The notes beneath the pieces are model-generated. The model did no database searches. It worked only from the letters and a program-made list of their open reading frames with translations, and was not told the origin of the DNA. This document shows positions 1 through 9,126 of a stretch of 64,000 nucleotides of DNA, one piece after another. The translations under genes were made by a program, and so were the position numbers. The stretch comes from Hyalangium minutum (GTDB lineage Bacteria; Myxococcota; Myxococcia; Myxococcales; Myxococcaceae). The stretch covers positions 476,314 through 540,313 of the forward strand of contig NZ_JMCB01000004.1 of NCBI RefSeq assembly GCF_000737315.1. The letters are read 5' to 3'. Positions within the stretch are counted from its first letter, which is position 1, and each line of letters opens with the position of its first letter.

Positions 1-2610
1 CAATACACGTGGGCCTTGGGTGCTGGGTACAACTTCATGATCGATGACACGCCACTGGCCCCTATTAGCGATCCCAGCTCGTGGTGGACCATCCCGAACC
101 TGAATGAGGGCACTTACAGCGAAGCCTCGATCGCCTATCTGGGGGCGGGCCTCGACGCGCAACAAGCGTACACCGGGTTTGCGCTTTACGATGGCCACGT
201 GGTGGGAAACCAGACGACTCCCGTGACGCGGGTGATCGATGGCGAGACGCGCTACCCCTTCGTCATGCATCCCGCGTATGTCTATGGCTCCCTCCGGCTG
301 GTGGATCCCTACGTCTCGCAGCACCCGGGAGCCCGAAGCGCGCTGCAGTCCCTGCACTTCGGCATCAGTGACACCGACCCCCCAGGGTATCCCGGCTGCT
401 TCTCCTGCGGCACCCTGCTCAACACCCAAGGAAGTACCGGGAACAGCAATGTCGCTGCGTTCCGGGGGAGCTTCGATCCGTCCACCGGCCAGCTCGTGTC
501 TGCCTACGAGCAGGTCCTGCTGAGCCCCTATGACTTGCCGACGCGGTGGGTGCAGGACTCCCTCCTGCTGAGCTTCCGCTCCTCTGCGGGAGACACGGAT
601 CCCACCCGCCACCTGAATGGCGAACTCACGCTCCGGCAGGCGCAGAACAGCGCGGAGCTGGCGGCGGGCGACCGCTTCCGCGTCGATCACGAGTACTGCT
701 TCAATGAGATCGATCTGGAGTTCTGGAACACGCAGTCCCGCTTCTTCCAACCCCTCGTCACGGTGACGGGCTCGTTCACGGGCTCGGACTGGCGGGGGCA
801 GGCAGCTTCCTACACGGCCGAGGGCACCTCCCGCGGAACGCCACTCACCTACGAGACGGCCGCGCCTCAGGGCTCGCTGCACCTGACGATCCCGCAGGGC
901 ACCTACACGCTGGCGCCGAGCGCCCAGATGGTGAACTCCGCCGGCCAGGTGAACAGCGCCAACTTCGCGCCCATCTCCATGCAGCTGGGCTGCGGGCAGC
1001 GCCTCAAGGTGGTGCCTCCGCTCACGGTGTCCCTCTCTCCTCTTCCCGGGTGCGCACAGTCTTCCTCTGCCACGGTGACAGGGGTGGTGCGGAGCGGTCC
1101 GGCCCTGGTGGATCGGGTGTGGTACCGGCTCAACGGTGGGCCCGAGGTGGTGCTGTGCCAGTCCTGCGGCACCGACCCCTCCTTCTCATTCACCGTGCCG
1201 CTGCAGGCCTGTGGCAACTCGGTGGAGGTGCTCGCCTTCACCGACGGCATGCCCGAGCCCGCCGTGGGCTACCAGCAGCTCATCTGGGATGATCCGGCGG
1301 ACGGGCCCAGCTGCTCCGGCGCCTACTGCGTCAACCGCCCTCCCGTGGCCCGCTGCCGCAGCGCGACGCTGTCCGTGGGGCCGGCGTGCGGCCCCTTGAG
1401 TGCCTCTATCAACGATGGCTCGTTCGATCCGGACAGCGGGGACACGGTGACGTGCGTGCAGTCGCCCACGGGCCCCTACGGCGTGGGCTCTCGGCGGGTG
1501 ACACTGACGTGCACGGACTCGACGGGGTTGTCCTCCTCGTGTGCGGCCCAGGTGACGATCCTGGATGGCACGGCTCCGGTCCTTCACTGCCCCGCCTCAG
1601 TGCCGACCTGCCCCGGTGAGAGCGGAACGGTGACGGGGGTGACGGCCACGGACAGCTGTGGGGCTGCACCGGCGGTGACGTGCTCCACCTCGGCGAGCCA
1701 GGTAACGTGCACCGCGACAGATGTTGCGGGCAACAGTGCCAGCTGCGCGTTCACGTGCGGAGGCGGCGGGGACGATGGCGGCGGCGGAGATGATGGCGGC
1801 GGTGGGGACGATGGTGGCGGGGGCACCGGGTGCATCGACGTCCAGCTGAATGACTTCAACCTCTTCGTGCTGGAGGACTACTCGGGCGGCCACGACGTCC
1901 AGGGGAAGGTGGCGGCTGGTGGCCACATCACGATGACCGACTTCGCCGTGGGCGCGGGAGTCTCGGACACGTCCATTGCCCAGACCCTGGTGGCGGGAGG
2001 CAACCTGAGCCTCTCCCGCGGTGGCGTCTGGGGCGATGCATGGCATGGCGGCAGCTACTCCGCCGATCCGTCCGTGAGCTTCAGCCGAGGGACGGTGTCC
2101 CAGGGCACGCCCATCGATTTCACGGCCCGAGGAGCCCAGCTGCGCAACCTGTCCTCCCGGCTGGCCGCGCTGCCGGCCAACGGCACGACGGTTCGCGAGA
2201 GCTGGGGCGGGGTCATGCTCAGCGGCACAGATCCGAACGTGAACGTGTTCGACGTGGATGCCAGCGCCTTCACGGGGGCCGTGTTGCTCTCCGTTCAAGC
2301 CCCCGCGAACTCCCTGGCGATCCTCAACATCCGAGGGGCGTCGGCTCGGTTCTCGGGCTTCGGGCACTCGTTCAGCGGCGGGATCGACCAGCACGGCGTG
2401 CTCTTCCACTTCGTGGATGCCACAGCGATCACGGCTCAGGGTTACGGCTTCTGGGGAACCGTGCTCGCGCCCCACGCGGCCGTGGACTTCAGCAACGGGA
2501 GCTTCGATGGCGGTATCTACGCCCGCTCGTTCACAGGCAGCGCCGAGGGCCACGTCAACGTCCTGTATGACCGCACCGTGTGTCCCTCGGCTCCGGTGAG
2601 TTCTCCGTAG
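1..2610 (+). CDS. Large secreted/surface protein with HYR/Ig-like Cys-rich modules and C-terminal choice-of-anchor A domain (5' partial)
   Basis: Frame is open from base 1 (QYTWALGAGYN). C-terminal FNLFVLEDYSGGHDVQGKVAAGG...GFWGTVLAPHAAVDFSNGSFDGGIYARSF matches choice-of-anchor A. NRPPVARC...VTLTCTD...ATDVAGNSASCAFT are HYR-like modules. Confidence 0.8.
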   Translation, partial: QYTWALGAGYNFMIDDTPLAPISDPSSWWTIPNLNEGTYSEASIAYLGAGLDAQQAYTGFALYDGHVVGNQTTPVTRVIDGETRYPFVMHPAYVYGSLRLVDPYVSQHPGARSALQSLHFGISDTDPPGYPGCFSCGTLLNTQGSTGNSNVAAFRGSFDPSTGQLVSAYEQVLLSPYDLPTRWVQDSLLLSFRSSAGDTDPTRHLNGELTLRQAQNSAELAAGDRFRVDHEYCFNEIDLEFWNTQSRFFQPLVTVTGSFTGSDWRGQAASYTAEGTSRGTPLTYETAAPQGSLHLTIPQGTYTLAPSAQMVNSAGQVNSANFAPISMQLGCGQRLKVVPPLTVSLSPLPGCAQSSSATVTGVVRSGPALVDRVWYRLNGGPEVVLCQSCGTDPSFSFTVPLQACGNSVEVLAFTDGMPEPAVGYQQLIWDDPADGPSCSGAYCVNRPPVARCRSATLSVGPACGPLSASINDGSFDPDSGDTVTCVQSPTGPYGVGSRRVTLTCTDSTGLSSSCAAQVTILDGTAPVLHCPASVPTCPGESGTVTGVTATDSCGAAPAVTCSTSASQVTCTATDVAGNSASCAFTCGGGGDDGGGGDDGGGGDDGGGGTGCIDVQLNDFNLFVLEDYSGGHDVQGKVAAGGHITMTDFAVGAGVSDTSIAQTLVAGGNLSLSRGGVWGDAWHGGSYSADPSVSFSRGTVSQGTPIDFTARGAQLRNLSSRLAALPANGTTVRESWGGVMLSGTDPNVNVFDVDASAFTGAVLLSVQAPANSLAILNIRGASARFSGFGHSFSGGIDQHGVLFHFVDATAITAQGYGFWGTVLAPHAAVDFSNGSFDGGIYARSFTGSAEGHVNVLYDRTVCPSAPVSSP
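1759..1824 (+). repeat. Coding tandem repeat, 18-bp unit, (GGGGDD)x3 linker
   Basis: ggaggcggcggggacgat ggcggcggcggagatgat ggcggcggtggggacgat ggtggcgggggc, seen directly. Confidence 0.9.
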
Positions 2611-2627
2611 CCAGGGTGAGAGCGCCG

Positions 2628-2679
2628 CTCCTGGGGTGATCCGTTTCGCTGTGCCCATCATTCCCCGTCACCCCAGGAG
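2628..2679. terminator. 12-bp perfect inverted repeat between convergent genes (possible bidirectional terminator)
   Basis: ctcctggggtga (2628-2639) and tcaccccaggag (2668-2679); no U-tract. Confidence 0.45.
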
Positions 2680-2704
2680 TTCCCCGGATGTGCACTCCTT
2701 CCAC

Positions 2705-3577
2705 TCAGTGGCTCGCTTCGTCGATGACCACCGACGTCTCGACATCCTGGTCGATGATCCGCACATCGCTCGTTCCACACGACTTCCTCGGCGAGCACCA
2801 CTCATTTCCGTCCGCGATCGCGAGGAGTTGATAGCGACCGGGCGGGAGTTCGAACGCGAAGGCTCCGTTTTCATCGGACATCGCTCGCGCAACGATTTCA
2901 GCCTCGGGGAAGTCTGGCCCGATCCCGCGAACGATGACCTCGCGCTGAATCCCGCGAGGCTTGCACTTGATCGGCGGCATGCAGTTGCCGGTGAGCAGAC
3001 CCACCTGGCCGTGCAGCTTGAACCGGGCATCGGGGGCGAGCGCACGCGGTGCGAAGAAGCGCAGGTGCGACAGGAACTCGTCGATCTCTTCGACAGGAGT
3101 CCGCTCCTCGAACTTGATCACGAGCAGTTCCTCACGGAGGTTCTTCACGTAGTAGGTGCGCTGCGCCGCAATCTGCACTCTCAAGGCGGGTCGCGTATCG
3201 ATCGTGACGTCGGTCACATCAGGCATCGGTACATAAGAACGCGGTGGGTGTCGGAACGAATCGAGCGTGCGGTCCGGATCGTCGAGAATGACGCTCACCC
3301 ACGCTGCGGCCCGCGTCGACCACCCAGATTCGTACGCGTGTGAGACCGAGAACGCGAGCTGACCCGGAGCCTCATCGGCGCTCCACCCCTCGGGTAGGCG
3401 TCCGGAGATGAGGAACTCCTCGGAACGGAAAGACGTGGGTCTCGGCATGGGCTCGGGCTCGCCGAGGAACTCCCTGGAACGGAAGGAGGAAGTGGACCTC
3501 AGCACGAGTCCGACTCCGATGGCGGCAGCCACTGCGGCCATGATGACCGCGATCCTCACGAGCTTCATCATGCGCAT
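2705..3577 (-). CDS. Hypothetical exported protein with C-terminal carboxypeptidase-regulatory-like (transthyretin-fold) domain
   Basis: N-terminal hydrophobic helix, a short internal duplication SFRSREFL/SFRSEEFL, and C-terminal ARAMSDENGAFAFELPPGRYQLLA. Confidence 0.6.
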   Translation of the reverse strand: MRMMKLVRIAVIMAAVAAAIGVGLVLRSTSSFRSREFLGEPEPMPRPTSFRSEEFLISGRLPEGWSADEAPGQLAFSVSHAYESGWSTRAAAWVSVILDDPDRTLDSFRHPPRSYVPMPDVTDVTIDTRPALRVQIAAQRTYYVKNLREELLVIKFEERTPVEEIDEFLSHLRFFAPRALAPDARFKLHGQVGLLTGNCMPPIKCKPRGIQREVIVRGIGPDFPEAEIVARAMSDENGAFAFELPPGRYQLLAIADGNEWCSPRKSCGTSDVRIIDQDVETSVVIDEASH

Positions 3578-3715
3578 GGGGCTCAGGATAGGAGATTTTC
3601 ACGAACGAGGGCATCGCCGGAATCTGGGTCGCCCCATAGCCGTCGACGGGCCCACTCCATCCCCGCTCCGTGGCAGCATGGCCCCCACGTCCACCCAAGC
3701 GAGGCAGGTCCAGGG

Positions 3716-4900
3716 ATGAAGATCGATATGTTCTGCGAGATGATCAAGCCGAAGGAGTTCTTCGGGGAAGGTCAGGAGCACACGCTGTTCCTCGAGACGC
3801 TCGCCCAGGCGCAGCTCGCGGACGAGCTCGGTTACGGTTGCTGGTGGCAGGTCGAGCACCACGCCGCGCCCCAGTTCAGCTACAGCTCGGCTCCAGAGCT
3901 GATGCTCACCGCGATCGCGCGTTCGACGCGGCAGATGCGTGTCGGGCACTCGGCCGTGCTCGCGCCCGTCAGGATCAACCACCCGCTTCGGATCGCCGAG
4001 CGAGCGGCGTTTCTCGATCACCTCAGCGAAGGCCGGCTCGAGCTGGGCCTCGCGCGCGCGTCGGTTCCCGAGTGGCGCGTGTTCGGCATCGAGCCCGACG
4101 ACGCTCGCCGGCAACTGCAGCAGGCCTTCGAGATGATCCCGAAGATGTGGACGCAGGAGCGTTTCTCGTGGAGCAGCCCTGACTTTACAATCAAGGACGC
4201 CACGGTGGTTCCCAAGCCGGTGCAGAAGCCCCACCCGCGGCTGTGGCAGGCGGCCGTCACGCCCAGCGGTTTCGCGCAGGCCGGACGCAACGGAGTGGGC
4301 GTGCTGCTCACCACGATAGCGACGCCGATCGAAGCGGTCGTGGAGATGCTCGGGGTGTATCGCGGAGAGATCCAGCGCTGCCAGCCGGTGGGCGAGACCG
4401 TCAACGATCAGGTCGCGCTGTTCACGTTCGTGCACTGCGCGGAGACCGAGCGCGAGGCCATCGAGCATGGCGCGGCGGCGGCGGCGGCTTGGTACATCAA
4501 TATGGTCTTCACATTCTTCGAGGCACGCGAAGTCATGACGCGCACGATCGACGAGATGGCGGCGGCGGTCAGTCGAGACCCGGACAGCCCGCTCGCCGCG
4601 TATGCGCGGCTCGCCGCGCAGAAGGCCGCCCTGCCCAAGAGCCCCCTGACGTCGATGCTCGATCGGATGATGGCGGGCGAGCCGGTCTCGAACGAAGAGG
4701 TGTACGAGACCCTCACCGCCGACGCCGCGGTGATCATCGGCGATGTCGCGTCGTGCCGTAAGAAGATGCAGCGCTACCAGGACGTCGGTATCGACCGCCT
4801 GATGTGCTTCCAACAACTCGGTCACCTGCCCCACGAGCACATCATGAAGAGCATCCGGCTTGTCGGAGAGCACCTGATCCCAGTGTTCGATCCGAAGTGA
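3716..4900 (+). CDS. LLM-class (luciferase-like) flavin-dependent monooxygenase
   Basis: QAQLADELGYGCWWQVEHH, HPLRIAERAAFLDHLSEGRLELGLAR, PKPVQKPHPRLWQAA and SIRLVGEHLIP are typical LLM motifs. Confidence 0.9.
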   Translation: MKIDMFCEMIKPKEFFGEGQEHTLFLETLAQAQLADELGYGCWWQVEHHAAPQFSYSSAPELMLTAIARSTRQMRVGHSAVLAPVRINHPLRIAERAAFLDHLSEGRLELGLARASVPEWRVFGIEPDDARRQLQQAFEMIPKMWTQERFSWSSPDFTIKDATVVPKPVQKPHPRLWQAAVTPSGFAQAGRNGVGVLLTTIATPIEAVVEMLGVYRGEIQRCQPVGETVNDQVALFTFVHCAETEREAIEHGAAAAAAWYINMVFTFFEAREVMTRTIDEMAAAVSRDPDSPLAAYARLAAQKAALPKSPLTSMLDRMMAGEPVSNEEVYETLTADAAVIIGDVASCRKKMQRYQDVGIDRLMCFQQLGHLPHEHIMKSIRLVGEHLIPVFDPK

Positions 4901-5102
4901 GGCGCGAAGCCCGCCTCAGAGGACTCGGACGACAACCACGGCGCTCCCGATGTCGACCCGTCCGAGGGGCCTTTCGGCGAAACAGACACGACTGGCGACG
5001 AATAGCGACGCCGGCTCGCTTGGCAGGCGGAACGATGGAGTGCACACTTCGGCTCGACACGCACGGAGTGCGCTCTCAGGCAGACCCACGTCGGCATCGA
5101 CC

Positions 5103-6632
5103 ATGACCCAGCCAGACAAGCTCACCGAGGTTTTCGAGAAACTGCACGGGCCCGCTGGGCTGGAGTCGCGGCTCCAAGAGCGCAACGAGACGCCTCTGAT
5201 CTGGGCCGTGAGCGAGGGGTATCACGACATCGCGCTGACCTTGATCGAGGCCGGTGCCGACCTGAACGCGCAGAACACCGACGGCAACACGGCGTTGCTC
5301 CGGGCCGCCTGCGAGAATCGCGCGGAGCTCGCCAGCGTCTTGATCAAGGTGGGCGCGAAGCTCGACGTCCAGAACAACGACGGGTACTCCGCGCTCATCC
5401 TCGCGCGGCGCCGGGGCAACAGGGAGATCGTCGACAGCTTGCAGGCGGCAGGAGCGGATCCGAGCCTGGTCACGCGACTCGGGACGACCTTCGACAACCC
5501 GGGCGATTCGCGGAAGACTTCGCTCGAGGGCCGCCGCGATGCGGTTCTGGAGAAGAAGATCATCGACGCCATCTCGAAGTGCCGCGACGGAAGGATGGCG
5601 GGCAGGGAGCTCGAAAAGTACGTCAACCTGAATCCCGAGGACCGGTTCGTACCGACCTCCGTCCTTCGCCGCGCCTACGTCCGCTACGACGGGTCCCACA
5701 ATCCCTCGGCGCCCAATTACGTGCTCCTCGACGATGACATGGAGCTCGGCATCGTCTCGAGCGCCGTTCCCGAAATCGCGCGCGCAGTCTCCTCGCTGCT
5801 CAGCCGCTCACTCGAGGACGCGCGCAACGACCGCGAGGGCCATTTGCCCGCGGCGGTCGTCAGGCGCGTGCAACTCGAGATCATCTCGCCGTACGGCGTC
5901 GCGCATATCTGGGGCGTCACGGGCCATCGGTTCGTGCTGTCGCGGCGCGTGAGTCCCGATCGAAGCGAGCTCCTCGCGACCATCCTCGTCGGACGGAGCA
6001 AGGACACGGTGTTCTTCTTCACCGGCCGTTACAACAATCTGAGGCACTCGACGATCCGCGAGACCGTCGACTTCGACCAGCCCGACGGCGACGATCCCGC
6101 GCACAAGTGGTTCGACAGGTTCGCCTTCCCCGAGATCAGTCGCTTCAAACCGAAGGGCTACCACCACATCGCGAACTTCGTTGTCTGCAAGGAGGAGCGC
6201 GGGCGCAAGCTCGCCCAGTTCGTGCTCGACAAGATCGTGGAGAAGTACGCTCGCGACCACCTCGACAAGCACCAGCGCGCCGTCGAGCACTCGCAGCACC
6301 TGCTGTGCGGTAAGGGCTTCTGGCAGATCGGCGACCCGCCCTGGCTCCCGCGCATGGAGAAGCTCGGCTTCCGCCTGCGGTTGGGCGCCGAGAGCTTCTT
6401 CATCGAGCACGACTGGGCCCGCTTGCCCGCGATCTTCGACCGAAAGACCGGCGAGCCGATCTCCAACGTGGCCTACAACAAGTTCTACGGGCTCCCGCAG
6501 CGATATCAGAGCTGGAAGCCGACGGGAGACACCTCCGAGTCCCTTCTCGATCGGGTGCCCGAGGTGATCCGGCTGTCGCAGGACCCCAAGGCCAAACTGC
6601 AATACTTCCAAGCCATGTTCGACTTCGTATGA
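5103..6632 (+). CDS. Ankyrin-repeat protein with C-terminal GNAT-like acyltransferase domain
   Basis: Three ankyrin repeats (ETPLIWA, GNTALLRA, GYSALILA). HIANFVVCKEERGRKLAQFVL resembles the GNAT acetyl-CoA-binding motif A, and RMEKLGF resembles motif B. An in-frame upstream ATG exists at 4950. Confidence 0.65.
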   Translation: MTQPDKLTEVFEKLHGPAGLESRLQERNETPLIWAVSEGYHDIALTLIEAGADLNAQNTDGNTALLRAACENRAELASVLIKVGAKLDVQNNDGYSALILARRRGNREIVDSLQAAGADPSLVTRLGTTFDNPGDSRKTSLEGRRDAVLEKKIIDAISKCRDGRMAGRELEKYVNLNPEDRFVPTSVLRRAYVRYDGSHNPSAPNYVLLDDDMELGIVSSAVPEIARAVSSLLSRSLEDARNDREGHLPAAVVRRVQLEIISPYGVAHIWGVTGHRFVLSRRVSPDRSELLATILVGRSKDTVFFFTGRYNNLRHSTIRETVDFDQPDGDDPAHKWFDRFAFPEISRFKPKGYHHIANFVVCKEERGRKLAQFVLDKIVEKYARDHLDKHQRAVEHSQHLLCGKGFWQIGDPPWLPRMEKLGFRLRLGAESFFIEHDWARLPAIFDRKTGEPISNVAYNKFYGLPQRYQSWKPTGDTSESLLDRVPEVIRLSQDPKAKLQYFQAMFDFV

Positions 6633-7510
6633 ACCTCAAACACCTTCGACAAGAACACACGCTCGACTCGCAGCAGATCGCCCCGTTCACCGGCGAAGGC
6701 GCCTACCACGGGTCGACCCGCAAACGAGCGGCCCGCTCCGCGAGCGCACCGCAGCCGGTCGTCGTCGAGGAGATGCGACCCACCACGCTCGACGCGTACC
6801 CGCTCGACGGGTCGCGCCCGATCGCAGAGTTCGAAGCCACCTTCCCGAACCTCTACACCGTCGAGCGCGTCCTGCCGGTCCCAACGCAGGAAGAGGTCCG
6901 CAGCGATGGCGTCACGCTCTGCTGGTGTCCCCTCGAGGAGGCCCTCGAGGTGGCGGGACCGCTGACCCGGCGCGTGCTCGAAGCGATGAAGGAGTTGCTC
7001 ATCGGCGACAAGCGCTTCGTCTACGTCGACTCGAAGATCCAATATTTCGAGCCGGGTGACGTGCCTGTCGACAGCCAGCACTGGCACGTGGATGGGAGCA
7101 TCGTGGCCCGAGGTCCCGCGGTCGAAGCGCTCGGCCACAACCTTCTGCACGACATGAAGGCGAGGCTCGCGAGCGGCGTGGTCCCGCCTCGGTATCTCGC
7201 CTATCAATCGTCCGATCACTGCGCGACCCTCTTCGCGACCTCGCCCGTCACGATGACGCTGCCCGAGCTCATTCCCAACTTCGACGGCCTGGACGCTCAC
7301 ATTCGCGCGCTCTCGCCGCCTATCGTGGCGCAACCGGCGTCCTCGATCGTGCGCACCGACGGGCTCTCGCTGCATCGCGCGCAGGCCGCCTCGGGCGCAG
7401 GCTGGAGACTTTGGGTTCGTTGCGTCGAGACGGACCGTGAGGTCCTGCTCGATTCATCGATCATCGAGTGTTACGGCACGGTGTTCAGGCCGAGTGCCGT
7501 CACGAGGTGA
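6629..7510 (+). CDS. Putative Fe(II)/2-oxoglutarate-dependent oxygenase (DSBH fold)
   Basis: HWHVDG (HxD), distal LHRA (His) and GWRLWVR (Arg for 2OG). ATGA overlap with the upstream stop codon. Confidence 0.6.
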   Translation: MNLKHLRQEHTLDSQQIAPFTGEGAYHGSTRKRAARSASAPQPVVVEEMRPTTLDAYPLDGSRPIAEFEATFPNLYTVERVLPVPTQEEVRSDGVTLCWCPLEEALEVAGPLTRRVLEAMKELLIGDKRFVYVDSKIQYFEPGDVPVDSQHWHVDGSIVARGPAVEALGHNLLHDMKARLASGVVPPRYLAYQSSDHCATLFATSPVTMTLPELIPNFDGLDAHIRALSPPIVAQPASSIVRTDGLSLHRAQAASGAGWRLWVRCVETDREVLLDSSIIECYGTVFRPSAVTR

Positions 7511-7598
7511 CCCTTGTGAGCCGACGAGGAGCGCTCGATCGGCAAGATACCCACGCTCGTTCCATGGCAGCGCTCTGCTACGATTCCCGCCGAGCGGC

Positions 7599-7621
7599 GG
7601 TTCGATTCCCGCCGCCTCCAC
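7599..7621 (+). mobile_element. ssrA: Fragment of the tmRNA 3' end (T-loop plus acceptor strand); att-like scar
   Basis: ggttcgattcccgccgcctccac gives T-loop TTCGATT, 3' T-stem CCCGC, and acceptor strand CGCCTCC-A, which would pair with a 5' GGGGGCG including the G3-U70 pair. No 5' half is nearby. Confidence 0.6.
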
Positions 7622-7626
7622 TCTGC

Positions 7627-9069
7627 TTAGAATGTGAGGAGCATCCCCGTCTCGATGCCCGCAGTGCTGCGTCGGCCCGCGTCCCCACCGAACTCCGCTA
7701 TGTCGGGCGCCTGCAGCACGTAGTGGGACTGGTAGAGGAAGCCCTCCACCATCAGGGCGAGCGCTGAGCCCGGCTTGAACTCGTAGCCCAAGCGGGCGGC
7801 TCCGTTGCGGGTCATGCCCGGCCCCGTGCCGCTCAGCGCCGCGCTGGAGATCGCCGGCCGCGTGGTTCCCGTCGACGCGGGATACGCGTAGGCGGGCACC
7901 ACGTCGCCCGGATTCAGCACGCGCTGCAGACCCGCCAGCGCGTAGAGCGCGTGCTGGGGCGTGAAGGCATGGCGCGCCGAGATGAAGCCGCCCACGTCCC
8001 GCACGTCCTGATCCACACGCCCCTGCGACAGCGAGAGCATGCCCAGGTTGGCGGTGTTCTGGCCCAGGTTGAGCTCCACGCGCACCGTGGTGGCTGGGGA
8101 GGGAATCAGCTCCGAGTAGAGCGCGCCCTGATACGACAGGCCGTGGCGCTCCTGCGGCGAGGCCGTGGCATAGGTCAGGCGCGAGAGGAGCACGCTCGCT
8201 CCCACGCGGCTCGTGCCGAATTTGTACGCCCCACGCGCGGCCACGGTGGGCACGCGGGCCAGCTCCAGCGCGGCATCCTTGGCCGTGGCGTTGGCCGCGG
8301 GGAAGCCCAGCGCCACGCCCAGCTCATAGGTGTCCTGCGCGCGGATGTACCGGAGCTGCTGGCGCATGAAGCCGGTGTTGCCGGCGGTGAACAGCGCGCC
8401 TACCATGTTGATGCCGTGCGGGTTGAGCGGTGCCGCCAGATCCCAGTCCTGCCCGAGCGACAGCGTATGGCCGGGCGCAGGCACCCAGTCCACCCGCGCG
8501 ATGCGCAGGCGCGGCAGGGCCTGCACCGTGGGCGTGGCCTTGGCGAAGTCGACGAAGTCCACCTCCACCTGGCCGCGCAGCGATCCCTTCTCATTCACCC
8601 ACAGCCCGAGCCGGGACTGGCCCACCTGGGCGGAGAGGCGTGCCTCGTCCGGCAGGGTGGGGATCACCGGATCTCCTGCGGCACTGGGCGCCGTCTCGTT
8701 GGGCTGGTTGAAGGACGCCACCGCCCCCGAGGCCACCACCAGGCGCACGTTGAGGGTGCCATACGGGCGCAGCACGTTCTCCGGGGCTGGGGTGGGTGGT
8801 GCCGGAGGAGCAGGCGGTGCTGGAGGCGCGGGTGGTGCTGGAGGCGCGGGTGGTACTGGAGGCGCGGGTGGTGCTGGAGGCGCTGGAGGCCCGGGCGGTG
8901 CCGGAGGCGCGGGCGGCTCCGCGGGTGTCGCCGACGGGGACTCCTTGGCCTCCGGTGCGGACTGGGTCAGTACTGAGGCGCTCACGCTCCGCGGAGCGTC
9001 CAGGGGGGAGGCCTGGGCCTCGCTCACGGCGGATACGGCGAGCACTGCGACAAGACGCAACACAGCCAT
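7627..9069 (-). CDS. Outer-membrane porin, DcaP-like, with Pro/Ala-rich N-terminal linker
   Basis: Signal peptide, then SRLGLW...GQVEVDF...PRLRIARVDW...LGQDWDLAAPLNP, terminal aromatic residue (LLTF), directly downstream of an MFS gene. Confidence 0.6.
   Translation of the reverse strand: MAVLRLVAVLAVSAVSEAQASPLDAPRSVSASVLTQSAPEAKESPSATPAEPPAPPAPPGPPAPPAPPAPPVPPAPPAPPAPPAPPAPPAPPTPAPENVLRPYGTLNVRLVVASGAVASFNQPNETAPSAAGDPVIPTLPDEARLSAQVGQSRLGLWVNEKGSLRGQVEVDFVDFAKATPTVQALPRLRIARVDWVPAPGHTLSLGQDWDLAAPLNPHGINMVGALFTAGNTGFMRQQLRYIRAQDTYELGVALGFPAANATAKDAALELARVPTVAARGAYKFGTSRVGASVLLSRLTYATASPQERHGLSYQGALYSELIPSPATTVRVELNLGQNTANLGMLSLSQGRVDQDVRDVGGFISARHAFTPQHALYALAGLQRVLNPGDVVPAYAYPASTGTTRPAISSAALSGTGPGMTRNGAARLGYEFKPGSALALMVEGFLYQSHYVLQAPDIAEFGGDAGRRSTAGIETGMLLTF
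8782..8920 (-). repeat. Coding (PAP)n low-complexity repeat, 9/18-bp units
   Basis: ggtgctggaggcgcgggt-like units are repeated on the + strand and encode PAPPAPPAP on the - strand. Confidence 0.85.
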
Positions 9070-9126
9070 ACAACCTCCAAGAGGGGGTGCAACCAGGGAA
9101 GGGGATGCGCGAGGAAACTCGGCGCG

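Noticed and set aside
4898-4918. 7-bp hairpin after the LLM gene as a terminator
   Set aside because: Short stem with no U-tract; insufficient to call, though it would weaken the three-gene operon idea if real.
7560-7625. Intact tRNA or tmRNA gene
   Set aside because: Only the T-loop and acceptor 3' strand are present. There is no matching 5' acceptor strand, D-arm or anticodon/tag region upstream, which is occupied by a CDS.
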